From an uncultured Dokdonia sp. (GTDB lineage: Bacteria > Bacteroidota > Bacteroidia > Flavobacteriales > Flavobacteriaceae), in the NCBI RefSeq assembly GCF_947492535.1, contig NZ_CANLNH010000008.1:120518-184517 (forward strand): DNA of 64,000 nt, in the 5' to 3' direction. The notes below the pieces were generated by a model. It made no database searches and had not been told where the DNA came from. It saw only the letters and a list, made by a program, of their open reading frames with translations. Numbering within the stretch: position 1 is the stretch's first letter; every line of letters starts with the position of its first letter. A program made the position numbers and the translations under genes. Shown in pieces: positions 10,038 to 18,844 of the stretch.

Positions 10038-10045
10038 TATCTTTG
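10038..10045 (+). promoter_or_regulatory. -7 promoter element for ribB
   Basis: TATCTTTG, 18 nt before ATG 10064. Confidence 0.7.
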
Positions 10046-10063
10046 TAACCAAAATAGCAACCT

Positions 10064-11206
10064 ATGCAAATGACTGTAGAACGTACTACGCAACTCCATA
10101 CCATTGAAGAAGCAATAGAAGACATTAGACAAGGTAAAGTGATCATTGTGGTAGATGATGAAGACCGTGAAAATGAAGGTGATTTTGTAGCTGCAGCTGG
10201 TGCTGCCACTCCAGAAATGATCAACTTTATGGCAACACATGGTCGCGGACTCATCTGCGCTCCGATTACAGAAGAACGTTGTGATGATCTTCAATTGAAT
10301 ATGATGGTGACAAGCAATACCGATCCTATGGAAACTGCATTTACCGTTTCTATAGATTTAAAAGGTCAAGGAGTGACTACAGGAATTTCTGCAAGTGACC
10401 GCGCTAAAACGGTTATCGCACTTACAGACTCAGCAACCAAACCACTCGATTTAAGCAGGCCTGGACATATTTTTCCGCTTAAAGCGAAAGAAGGAGGTGT
10501 GTTACGCCGTACGGGACATACAGAAGCTGCTATCGATTTTGCAAGACTTGCCGGATTTGAACCTGCTGGAGTGATTGTAGAAATCATGAATGAAGATGGT
10601 ACTATGGCACGCTTGCCACAACTATTGGAAGTAGCCGAAAAATTTGATCTAAAGATTGTTTCTATAGAAGACCTTGTTGCCTACCGTATGGAGCATGACA
10701 GTCTAATAGAGAAAAAAGAAGATTTTGATATCCAAACGCGTTTTGGTGATTATAGATTACGTGCCTATAAACAAACAACTAATGATCAAGTACATATTGC
10801 GCTTACGAAAGGAAGTTGGACAAAAGAAGAACCTGTCCTAGTTCGCGTTAACTCTACGCAGATCAACAATGATATCTTAGGAACCCTCACTAATAATGCC
10901 GATAAGAAACTAGACGATATGTTTAGAGCTATTAATGAAGCAGGAAAAGGAGCCATTGTGTTTATCAATCAAGATAATAATGCAGCCAATCTTTTAGGAC
11001 GATTAAGTGAGCTGAAAAAGAATCAAAAAGAAGGCATCATGAAAGCACCTAATATTGTGATGGATGCTAAAGACTTTGGAATAGGGGCACAAATACTTCA
11101 TGACCTTTCTATTACTAAGATTAAATTACTATCTAATACCGACGGAACAAAACGTGTAGGAATGATAGGATATGGCTTAGAAATCGTAGATCGCGTGCAA
11201 TACTAA
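10064..11206 (+). CDS. ribB: 3,4-dihydroxy-2-butanone-4-phosphate synthase fused to a degenerate GTP cyclohydrolase II-like domain
   Basis: [27 protein letters not shown] motifs; C-terminal domain reads [10 protein letters not shown] with no Cys. Confidence 0.92.
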   Translation: MQMTVERTTQLHTIEEAIEDIRQGKVIIVVDDEDRENEGDFVAAAGAATPEMINFMATHGRGLICAPITEERCDDLQLNMMVTSNTDPMETAFTVSIDLKGQGVTTGISASDRAKTVIALTDSATKPLDLSRPGHIFPLKAKEGGVLRRTGHTEAAIDFARLAGFEPAGVIVEIMNEDGTMARLPQLLEVAEKFDLKIVSIEDLVAYRMEHDSLIEKKEDFDIQTRFGDYRLRAYKQTTNDQVHIALTKGSWTKEEPVLVRVNSTQINNDILGTLTNNADKKLDDMFRAINEAGKGAIVFINQDNNAANLLGRLSELKKNQKEGIMKAPNIVMDAKDFGIGAQILHDLSITKIKLLSNTDGTKRVGMIGYGLEIVDRVQY

Positions 11207-11235
11207 AATAAATATTTCTATAGAGGCTAATTTTC

Positions 11236-11312
11236 GTCAAGCTGAACTTGTTTCAGCTTCTCATCAAATTGATAAGTAACAGAATGAGATTCTGAAATAA
11301 ATTCAGAATGAC
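11236..11312. repeat. REP/MITE-like double-hairpin element with GTCA...TGAC ends
   Basis: GTC-AAGCTGAA-cttgt-TTCAGCTT-CTC ... GAG-ATTCTGAA-ataaa-TTCAGAAT-GAC. Confidence 0.7.
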
Positions 11313-11334
11313 ATTTCAAGATGTTTTTTTTGTA

Positions 11335-11354
11335 TACGCTTTCGCGAAAGCGTA
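11335..11354. repeat. Perfect 20-bp palindrome, intergenic
   Basis: TACGCTTTCGCGAAAGCGTA. Confidence 0.95.
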
Positions 11355-11452
11355 TGATATAAAGATTTTGATTTCTGCACTAAGTATGTTTGAAACATAG
11401 GATCAAATCAAAAACAATTAAGGATAAACTTTTAAACTCAAGTAACGGTTCG

Positions 11453-11460
11453 TACCTTTG
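11453..11460 (+). promoter_or_regulatory. -7 promoter element for lpdA
   Basis: TACCTTTG, 23 nt before ATG 11484. Confidence 0.7.
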
Positions 11461-11483
11461 TACGACTATATTAAAAAAAACTT

Positions 11484-12884
11484 ATGAGTTCATATGATGT
11501 AGCCGTTATAGGCTCTGGACCTGGTGGATATGTAGCAGCGATACGTTGTGCACAACTAGGAATGAAAACTGCCCTTATAGAGAAGTATAACACCTTAGGA
11601 GGGACCTGCCTTAATGTAGGATGTATCCCTTCTAAAGCCTTACTAGATTCTTCTCACCATTATGAAGATGCGATCAAGCATTTTGATGAACATGGTATAG
11701 AAGTAGGTGACGTAAAGTTCAATCTTGAAAAAATGATTGCTCGTAAGCAAGGCGTTGTCGATATGACCACAAAAGGAATTGAATTCCTTATGGGTAAAAA
11801 TAATATAGATGTATATCAAGGTGTGGGATCTTTTAAAGATGCAACACATATTCATATAGACGGAGAGAAAAAGGAAACCATCGAAGCAAAACATACCATT
11901 ATTGCTACGGGATCAAAACCAAGTACGCTTCCTTTTATCACCTTAGATAAAGAACGTATTATTACATCTACCGAAGCATTAAAACTGAAAGAAGTTCCTA
12001 AGCACATGATTGTGATAGGAGGTGGAGTGATAGGTTTGGAACTTGGTCAAGTATATAAAAGACTTGGAGCTGAGGTAACTGTGGTTGAATATATGGATCG
12101 TATCATTGCAGGAATGGATGGTGCGCAGAGTAAAGAAATGCTCAAAGTATTCAAAAAACAAAAAATGAAGTTTGCATTATCTCATGGAGTAACAGCTGTA
12201 GAGCGTAATGGAGATGAGATTACTGTAAAAGCTACCAATAATAAGAAAAATACCGAAGTAGAATTTAAAGGTGATTATGTATTAGTGGCTGTAGGACGTC
12301 ATGCGTATACAGATGGACTAAATCTTGAAGCCGTAGGAATTCCTACAGATACGCGTGGTAAGATTGAAGTCAACGAGCATTTACAAACCAATGTTCCTAA
12401 TATCTACGCGATAGGGGATGTGATTAAAGGTGCAATGCTTGCCCATAAAGCTGAAGAAGAAGGCGTATTTGTTGCAGAGACATTAGCAGGACAAAAACCG
12501 CATATCAATTATAATTTAATCCCTGGAGTTGTGTATACATGGCCAGAAGTGGCTTCTGTTGGTAAAACAGAAGAGCAATTAAAAGAAGCTGGTGTCGAAT
12601 ATAAATCAGGGCAATTCCCAATGCGTGCTTTAGGACGTAGTCGTGCCAGTGGAGATATAGATGGATTTGTGAAAGTCTTAGCTGATAAAACAACAGATGA
12701 AGTATTAGGAGTACATATGGTAGGCGCACGTGTAGCTGATTTAATTTCAGAAGGAGTAACCGCTATGGAATTCAGAGCAAGTGCAGAAGATATTGCTCGT
12801 ATGAGTCATGCACACCCTACATATGCAGAGGCTGTAAAAGAAGCCGCACTTGCAGCTACAGAAGACAGACCCTTACATATTTAA
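11484..12884 (+). CDS. lpdA: Dihydrolipoamide dehydrogenase
   Basis: GSGPGGY, GGTCLNVGCIPSK redox disulfide, GGGVIGLE, HAHPTYAE. Confidence 0.97.
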   Translation: MSSYDVAVIGSGPGGYVAAIRCAQLGMKTALIEKYNTLGGTCLNVGCIPSKALLDSSHHYEDAIKHFDEHGIEVGDVKFNLEKMIARKQGVVDMTTKGIEFLMGKNNIDVYQGVGSFKDATHIHIDGEKKETIEAKHTIIATGSKPSTLPFITLDKERIITSTEALKLKEVPKHMIVIGGGVIGLELGQVYKRLGAEVTVVEYMDRIIAGMDGAQSKEMLKVFKKQKMKFALSHGVTAVERNGDEITVKATNNKKNTEVEFKGDYVLVAVGRHAYTDGLNLEAVGIPTDTRGKIEVNEHLQTNVPNIYAIGDVIKGAMLAHKAEEEGVFVAETLAGQKPHINYNLIPGVVYTWPEVASVGKTEEQLKEAGVEYKSGQFPMRALGRSRASGDIDGFVKVLADKTTDEVLGVHMVGARVADLISEGVTAMEFRASAEDIARMSHAHPTYAEAVKEAALAATEDRPLHI

Positions 12885-12935
12885 AGAAACGATGTTTTAA
12901 GAAGTGTAGCGCACTTAAAACATATAACTCAATAT

Positions 12936-12964
12936 ATCCCGCGCTTGTCGCGGGATTTTTTTTG
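12936..12964 (+). terminator. Rho-independent terminator after lpdA
   Basis: ATCCCGCG-cttgt-CGCGGGAT followed by a T run. Confidence 0.88.
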
Positions 12965-12993
12965 AACGCTATTGTACTTTAATCTAACTATCC

Positions 12994-14085
12994 ATGTACA
13001 GAACAACGCTTAAAATTTCTATCATATTCTTATATCTTATTATCATTGCTGGTGCTATTGTTAGGATGACAGGAAGTGGTATGGGATGTCCCGATTGGCC
13101 AAAATGTTTTGGGTATTATATACCACCTACAGAAGAAGCTCAAATTCAATGGGAACCTAATAAAGCGTATAAGAAGGGATATATTATCATTGTAGAAGAA
13201 TCACTGCGTATTGCACCCAAAGATTTTACATCTGCAGCTACGTATTCAGAAAGTAACTGGTCTACGTATGATAAGCATGATTATGCTACGTTTAATGTAT
13301 GGCAAACTTGGATAGAGTATATTAATCGACAAGTAACCGTACTAGCAGGAATCCCAATACTCTTAATGATTATTAGTGCTTTTTGGTATTGGAAACGTCG
13401 TCCGTGGCTTATTTTTGGTTCTTTCTTTGTACTACCGCTTATGGGGTTTGAAGCATGGTTAGGAAAACAAGTGGTAGATTCTAATTTACTTCCTGTAAAG
13501 ATCACCATTCATTTGATTGCAGCCTTAGTTATTGTTGCACTCTTATTATATCTATGGTATAAATCTCAGGAGAAGGAGGGGAGTACGCTTTCGCGAAATC
13601 GAACTCGTGAGATTCAAGATCATAGAGAGAGTGAAGCGTTAAAGCTTAAAAAGCATGACCCACTATTTAAAAACTTAGTGCTATTAGCTGGCGTATTGAC
13701 GTTAGTTCAAGTTGTGTTTGGAACTCAAGTACGTCAATATGTAGATGAACAAGTCATCGCTCTAGGATATGATGCTAAAGACCAATGGTTGAATCCGCCA
13801 ACAGTTATGTTTTATGTACATAGATCATTTTCTATACTTGTAACCCTACTGAATGTATACCTATTCTGGCGCAACCGAAAATACCTATTAGGACACGCCA
13901 ACTTAATGTTATGGATATTGATTCTTATTGCACTAGAAGTTGTGACAGGCATTGCGATGTATTATATAGATTTTCCATTTGGAACACAGCCCTTACATCT
14001 CGTAGTAGCTTCTCTATTATTTGGGGTACAGTTTTATGTGTATTTGGAGAGTATGAGGAGTAGAGAAGAAGTACGTACAGCGTAA
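12994..14085 (+). CDS. Heme A synthase (COX15/CtaA family)
   Basis: VRMTGSGMGCPDWPKCFG, WIEYINR, TIHL, VHRS, QPLHL motifs; 8 TM; carries an in-frame repeat at 13584-13648. Confidence 0.9.
   Translation: MYRTTLKISIIFLYLIIIAGAIVRMTGSGMGCPDWPKCFGYYIPPTEEAQIQWEPNKAYKKGYIIIVEESLRIAPKDFTSAATYSESNWSTYDKHDYATFNVWQTWIEYINRQVTVLAGIPILLMIISAFWYWKRRPWLIFGSFFVLPLMGFEAWLGKQVVDSNLLPVKITIHLIAALVIVALLLYLWYKSQEKEGSTLSRNRTREIQDHRESEALKLKKHDPLFKNLVLLAGVLTLVQVVFGTQVRQYVDEQVIALGYDAKDQWLNPPTVMFYVHRSFSILVTLLNVYLFWRNRKYLLGHANLMLWILILIALEVVTGIAMYYIDFPFGTQPLHLVVASLLFGVQFYVYLESMRSREEVRTA
13584..13648 (+). repeat. 65-bp composite palindrome element inside heme A synthase CDS
   Basis: 50/65 ungapped identity (manual count) to the reverse complement of 24625-24689. 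Confidence 0.85.
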
Positions 14086-14090
14086 AGACA

Positions 14091-14173
14091 TTCCCTCCTA
14101 GAAAGGAGGGTTAGGGAGGTGTTTTTTAATAATAATACTATTTATACACCCCAAATCCCTCTGCTATAGGGAA
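14091..14173. repeat. Inverted pair of REP-like units between convergent genes
   Basis: TTCCCTCCTAGAAAGGAGGGTTAGGGAGGTGT versus the reverse complement of 14146-14173, TTCCCTATAGCAGAGGGATTTGGGGTGT. Confidence 0.55.
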
Positions 14174-14241
14174 ACATTTGCTCTTAGAGTATTGGAATAT
14201 GAGGAAGGTTTTTAGAACCCTACTTGTAGTAATCAATATTC

Positions 14242-14829
14242 TTATTGTTTTCTCAACCAACCTAAAATTCGATCATTATCAATGCTCCATTTTCCGTTGA
14301 TTTTTTTTAATTGGTAAGTTTCTCTAGAATTTCCGAAAGGCCCAGGGTTTTGTTGGATGATTTCAACTTCATTTTTAGTAACATTAGCTATAATTGAAAC
14401 ATGACCATATTTGTTTAATAATGTTTCAGAGTAAATAAGGAGGTCTTTAATTTTAGGTTTAGAGACACTTGGATTGGTATATTGAATTAAATCTCGCTGT
14501 TTGTTTATACCTGTATCTTTTATACTATGGTTAAAGAAATCTTTTGCATGACCATAACTATCAGGCATTTTATGATGCAATTCTTCATAATAATATCGTT
14601 TTACAAATTCAACACATTGATATTTTAACCCAAGGTTGTATCCATCTTTAGAAATTTCCCTTCCATTAATATTTCCGACACCTCCATTGTAATAAACATA
14701 TACTCCGTGTAAACTATCTATCTTTTGTCCAATGGAGTAACTCGGATTTAAATTAGTTCTTTTAGCTATAAAAATACCTGTAGTTATTAAAACTACTATT
14801 CCAAATATGAGCAATCTCTTTTTATTCAT
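14242..14829 (-). CDS. CHAP-domain amidase with N-terminal signal/anchor
   Basis: GLKYQCVEFVKRYY and YGHVSII catalytic Cys/His; IIQQN. Confidence 0.85.
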   Translation of the reverse strand: MNKKRLLIFGIVVLITTGIFIAKRTNLNPSYSIGQKIDSLHGVYVYYNGGVGNINGREISKDGYNLGLKYQCVEFVKRYYYEELHHKMPDSYGHAKDFFNHSIKDTGINKQRDLIQYTNPSVSKPKIKDLLIYSETLLNKYGHVSIIANVTKNEVEIIQQNPGPFGNSRETYQLKKINGKWSIDNDRILGWLRKQ

Positions 14830-15618
14830 TTATATATTCTTTTTTCCCACAATAAATACATAATCTCCCAAGTCATTCTCATACGATTTCATCACCTGAT
14901 GAATACCTCCAGAATCAATGTCTTTTCTAAGGTTAGTGAGTCCTTGTGCTACTTCTTCTTTATTAGCTAAAGCAGAAAAAGATGAAATACCATTTCTAAT
15001 CTGTGTATTAAAATAGACTTCTGGGGTATGTTTACCGCAATATAAAAAGTGATCTTGTAAATCAGGTTGTATACAATAAGTTTCTGTCGCTAGTAGTTCA
15101 ATACCTGTGTTTTCAAACGCGTTAGTGATAGATGCTAAAGAAGGCATTTGCGAGATAGAGTCCGCAAGCATTTTTGGGAAGTAATGACATAGCCAATACT
15201 GTTTCATTTGTTTAGGAGTTGAAGTAAAAATAACAAGGTGTCCTTCTTTCTTTAATGTATTTGCTAGTTCTATAATTCCTTTAGTAATATTTGGCCAATG
15301 GTGTATTGTTAAAAAAGCGGTAATCCCATCAATACTTTCAGTGTTTAAGCTTGTTTTTTCTGCAGTACCTATCCGCCAATCTATAGTCGTATTTCTCTTT
15401 TTTGCTTTTTCAAGCATTGTTATAGAGGGATCAATGCCTATGTACTGAAATTTGGTCTTTTGAAATTCATGGGTGTAATTTCCGGAGCCACACCCAATAT
15501 CTAGATATACGCCTTCTACGGTTGGTTGCAGATGATATAACATACGCTCCGTAAGGTATGGATCTGCTTTTCTAGTCAGATCATAATCAATCCCTATCTT
15601 GTCGTATTTGGCTTTCAT
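14830..15618 (-). CDS. Class I SAM-dependent methyltransferase
   Basis: YLDIGCGSG, GIDPS..ML, FLTIHHW. Confidence 0.88.
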   Translation of the reverse strand: MKAKYDKIGIDYDLTRKADPYLTERMLYHLQPTVEGVYLDIGCGSGNYTHEFQKTKFQYIGIDPSITMLEKAKKRNTTIDWRIGTAEKTSLNTESIDGITAFLTIHHWPNITKGIIELANTLKKEGHLVIFTSTPKQMKQYWLCHYFPKMLADSISQMPSLASITNAFENTGIELLATETYCIQPDLQDHFLYCGKHTPEVYFNTQIRNGISSFSALANKEEVAQGLTNLRKDIDSGGIHQVMKSYENDLGDYVFIVGKKNI

Positions 15619-16151
15619 TGAAAGAACTTCCCATAATAGTTTAAATCGACTAATCGTCCATCTGTAGTACGATAGTCACGCCTAACAGTACCTTCAAATT
15701 CAAAACCACACGCCAGCGCAACTTGAATACTTCTCTTGTTCTCCTTGGCAATTCTGCATAAGAGTTTTTTAAATCCGTGTTCTTGTACAATTGTGTTTAT
15801 AAGAGAAGTGAGATGATGTGTAATAATCCCTTTGCCTTCATAGTCTGCATCAATAAAAGCACCTAGTTCTGCTTTAGGGACATCCCAATCTATATTTTTT
15901 ATATCTATAAATCCAATCAATTTTTGGGATGCTTTTTCTTTAATGATGTATGGGAAATAGGAACGATGCTTTATACGTATTGAAATTTCTTTACAATATT
16001 CTTGTGTCGCTTCAAGCGTTGTTGTTTTTGCAACGGTTCCAGCAAAAAAATCGTTTAAGCGTTTTTTGTTCTCTTGTATGAGTGTAAAAAAAGAAAGACT
16101 GTCTTCTTCTTGTAAGAGTGTACATTGATAAGGAGTAAAATCAAAAGGCAT
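15615..16151 (-). CDS. GNAT acetyltransferase (RimJ/RimL type)
   Basis: AELGAFIDADYEGKGI, ENKRSIQVALACGFEFEG. Confidence 0.85.
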   Translation of the reverse strand: MPFDFTPYQCTLLQEEDSLSFFTLIQENKKRLNDFFAGTVAKTTTLEATQEYCKEISIRIKHRSYFPYIIKEKASQKLIGFIDIKNIDWDVPKAELGAFIDADYEGKGIITHHLTSLINTIVQEHGFKKLLCRIAKENKRSIQVALACGFEFEGTVRRDYRTTDGRLVDLNYYGKFFQ

Positions 16152-16211
16152 AGATTACTGAATTGGTATCACAATGTTACAACGAATTTAATCTCAAAAC
16201 CTTGATTGAAA

Positions 16212-16757
16212 TCAAGATTTCTGAATTCTTGATAAGGTTTCAGGACTCATTCGTAGATAAGAAGCAATATATCGATGTGGGATTTCTTGAAATAATCTAG
16301 GATGCGTTTCTAAAGCCTGTTGGTATCTAGCGAATGGCGAATTGAGTAATAGACTTTTTTCTCGATCAACTTGCATCAATAAAAGCTGCGAAAGGACTTC
16401 CTGCCAAAGCGTTAATGTAGTTTTCTCTTTTTGAATAAAATCTAGAAATCTTTTTTTAGAGATCACTCTAACTTTGGTTTTTTTGATGGTTTTAATACAT
16501 AATGTAGAAGCTGTATCTGTCAAAAAAGAATCGATAGCAGATATCAATGATCCTTTATATCCAAAGTATACGATATGTTCTTTAGCATCTTCTGTAAAAT
16601 ACACACGTACACTTCCTTCTTCTAAAAAATACAAATGTGTATCTATAGTATCTGCTTCTTTGATATAGGTATCTCTTTTAAAATCAAGTTCATATTCCCA
16701 TAAGTCAGCTTCGGCAATAGTGCTTTTTAATATATGAACAGCATTTTCTATCAACAT
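16212..16757 (-). CDS. Crp/Fnr-family regulator
   Basis: LYFLEEGSVRVY cNMP-binding strand; C-terminal IASYLRMSPETLSRI. Confidence 0.88.
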   Translation of the reverse strand: MLIENAVHILKSTIAEADLWEYELDFKRDTYIKEADTIDTHLYFLEEGSVRVYFTEDAKEHIVYFGYKGSLISAIDSFLTDTASTLCIKTIKKTKVRVISKKRFLDFIQKEKTTLTLWQEVLSQLLLMQVDREKSLLLNSPFARYQQALETHPRLFQEIPHRYIASYLRMSPETLSRIQKS

Positions 16758-16768
16758 ACATCTCTATT

Positions 16769-18343
16769 TTACGAACTACAGGAGAGCATAGAGCATCCTA
16801 CTTTATGACGTGCCCATTCGGGACGTTTGGCAAACCAACGTTCATGTTTAGGTTGCTCATCGTATGGGTTTTTAAGAAGCGCATGAATCTCATCGAGAAG
16901 GTCATAATTCCCTTTATCGGCTTCATCGATGACGAGTTGCGAGATATAGTTACGTAATACATACTTAGGATTTACGGCATTCATCTGTTGCGCACGTTCA
17001 GCATCAGTTAATCGTTCTTGTGAAAGACGTTTGAGATAGTGTTGAAACCATGTTTCCCAGTTGGTATAGATAGCTCCTGTGATCTCTTCTGGTGTGTAGA
17101 AGGCCGCTTTCGCGAAAGCGTAAAAAACATCTTTCAAATTTTCAGTAGTGTCCTTAGATACCTGAGATAGATTCCTAAAGAAAATAGTCATATCGGTTTC
17201 TGAAGCTTGGAGGTTTTTTTCCAGATCAGCAATCAATTGAATATCTGTTTCTAGCGCTAATTGTAGCCCTAGTTTTTCTCGCATCATGGCGATATACTTT
17301 TTAGGGTACTCCGTATGGTAGCTCTGTAAAATTGCTTCTAATTGCGTGGTTTCTCCAATTAATGGAACCAATGCATTAGCAAGCTGTAAAAGATTCCAAA
17401 GTCCTATTTGCGGTTGATTTCCAAAACGATACCGTTTGTTTTGGCGATCGGTGGTATTTGGAGTCCATCCTGGATCATAGCCCTCTAGCCATCCATACGG
17501 ACCATAATCTATCGTAAGACCAAGAATAGACATATTATCAGTATTCATGACTCCGTGTACAAAACCAACACGTTGCCAATGCACAATCATGTTGAGCGTG
17601 TTTTGTACGACTTCATTGAAGAATCCAAGATACCCTTCTTTAGTGCCTTGTTCATAGTGTGGGTAGAAGTGTTTGATGGTATAATCAACGAGTGTTTTAA
17701 GTGTTTCTGTATCTTGGCGGCTTGCAAAGATTTCAAAATTTCCAAAGCGTATAAAACTTGGTGCCACACGACATACAATGGCACCTTTTTCATAAGCAGC
17801 ATTTCCGTCATATAAGACATCTCTTAATACTTGGTCTCCAGATAATGCGAGTGAAAGTGATCGTGTCGTAGGCACGCCCAAATGATACATAGCCTCACTA
17901 CATAAATGCTCTCGAATAGAAGACCTAAGTACTGCAAGTCCATCTGCCGTACGAGAATAGGGAGTTTCACCAGCGCCTTTAAGTTGTATTGCCCAACGCT
18001 TATTATGATGTGTGATTTCTGCTAGGTTAATAGCTCTACCATCCCCTAATTGCCCTGCCCAATGTCCAAATTGATGTCCGCCATAACACATTGCATACGG
18101 CGAAGTGCCTTCTTCTACATTGGCTCCTGTGACCATTTCAAGAAACGCTTTCGATTGCACATCGTCTTCTGAGAATCCAAGAGTCTCTGCCATCTCTTTA
18201 GATACTTGAAGTAGAGAAGGAGTTGATGGTATTCTAGGAGTTACATAAGAAAAACAAGCTTTGGCTACCTGTCGTCTTGTATTTGCGGTAGTAGGATCGG
18301 CAGGTAATTCTTGACTAAACGTGTTTTCTATAGATAATTGCAT
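16769..18343 (-). CDS. selO: SelO/YdiU protein adenylyltransferase
   Basis: YGGHQFG.WAGQLGDGRA, QLKGAG.TPYSR.ADG.AVLRSSIRE, HGVMNTDNMS, C-terminal SCSS; start 18343 supported by a -7 element. Confidence 0.93.
   Translation of the reverse strand: MQLSIENTFSQELPADPTTANTRRQVAKACFSYVTPRIPSTPSLLQVSKEMAETLGFSEDDVQSKAFLEMVTGANVEEGTSPYAMCYGGHQFGHWAGQLGDGRAINLAEITHHNKRWAIQLKGAGETPYSRTADGLAVLRSSIREHLCSEAMYHLGVPTTRSLSLALSGDQVLRDVLYDGNAAYEKGAIVCRVAPSFIRFGNFEIFASRQDTETLKTLVDYTIKHFYPHYEQGTKEGYLGFFNEVVQNTLNMIVHWQRVGFVHGVMNTDNMSILGLTIDYGPYGWLEGYDPGWTPNTTDRQNKRYRFGNQPQIGLWNLLQLANALVPLIGETTQLEAILQSYHTEYPKKYIAMMREKLGLQLALETDIQLIADLEKNLQASETDMTIFFRNLSQVSKDTTENLKDVFYAFAKAAFYTPEEITGAIYTNWETWFQHYLKRLSQERLTDAERAQQMNAVNPKYVLRNYISQLVIDEADKGNYDLLDEIHALLKNPYDEQPKHERWFAKRPEWARHKVGCSMLSCSS
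17105..17122. repeat. Palindrome-family copy inside selO (YAFAKA)
   Basis: CGCTTTCGCGAAAGCGTA. Confidence 0.9.
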
Positions 18344-18367
18344 AGCGCTTTTTTGAATAGGATATAT

Positions 18368-18375
18368 CAAAGTTA
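18368..18375 (-). promoter_or_regulatory. -7 promoter element for selO
   Basis: TAACTTTG on minus strand, 24 nt before ATG 18343. Confidence 0.7.
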
Positions 18376-18405
18376 CGAAGACAAATGTGACTTATTGCTA
18401 TTTAC

Positions 18406-18796
18406 TGAAACTACTGATCTGATCTTTAAAATAGCCTATGATTTACAGCCTGAAGGTATATTTTTGAAGCGTACGTTGTAATGAAGGAAATCAAGAGAAC
18501 GGAGTGTCAATAATACGAGAAAGTAAGACATAAATATATCATTGAAATGGCGCTTTATAAGAAACACTGAAGCTATTGATCTGATCTTGAAATAATAGTG
18601 CGATTCTTGATTTCCTCATGTACTTTTGACATCGGTTTAAAAATAAAAGTGAACTGAAACCTATAGGATTGATATAAAAATGAATGTCATCATATAGTTT
18701 TGAAATAGTGATAAAGTAGAATGTTAAAGAAGAGCTGAAACTACGGATCTGATTGACAAAACGTAGTGTGACTTTAAAAATAGGAAGTTACTTTTG
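18406..18796 (+). promoter_or_regulatory. Three tandem box + (-7) promoter modules
   Basis: CTGAARCTAYKGATCTGAT at 18406, 18567 and 18735; TAnnTTTG at 18460, 18621 and 18789 (each +54). Confidence 0.6.
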
Positions 18797-18844
18797 ACAA
18801 ACATTTGAACAAGGAATTAACTTGGGAAATGATAAAATAGTATT

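Noticed and set aside
11335-11354. Palindrome as parS or as a Rho-independent terminator
   Set aside because: It differs from the parS consensus TGTTTCACGTGAAACA and is far too frequent; it has no loop or U-tract, and it occurs inside genes
18372-18480. Frame reading TETTDLIFKIAYDL, resembling an AraC helix
   Set aside because: No start codon, the sister repeats hit stops within a few codons, and the match is too short to call a pseudogene
18406-18796. CRISPR array interpretation of the spaced repeats
   Set aside because: Repeats are short, degenerate and non-palindromic; the period is 161-168 nt; no cas genes; a fixed-distance -7 element explains them better
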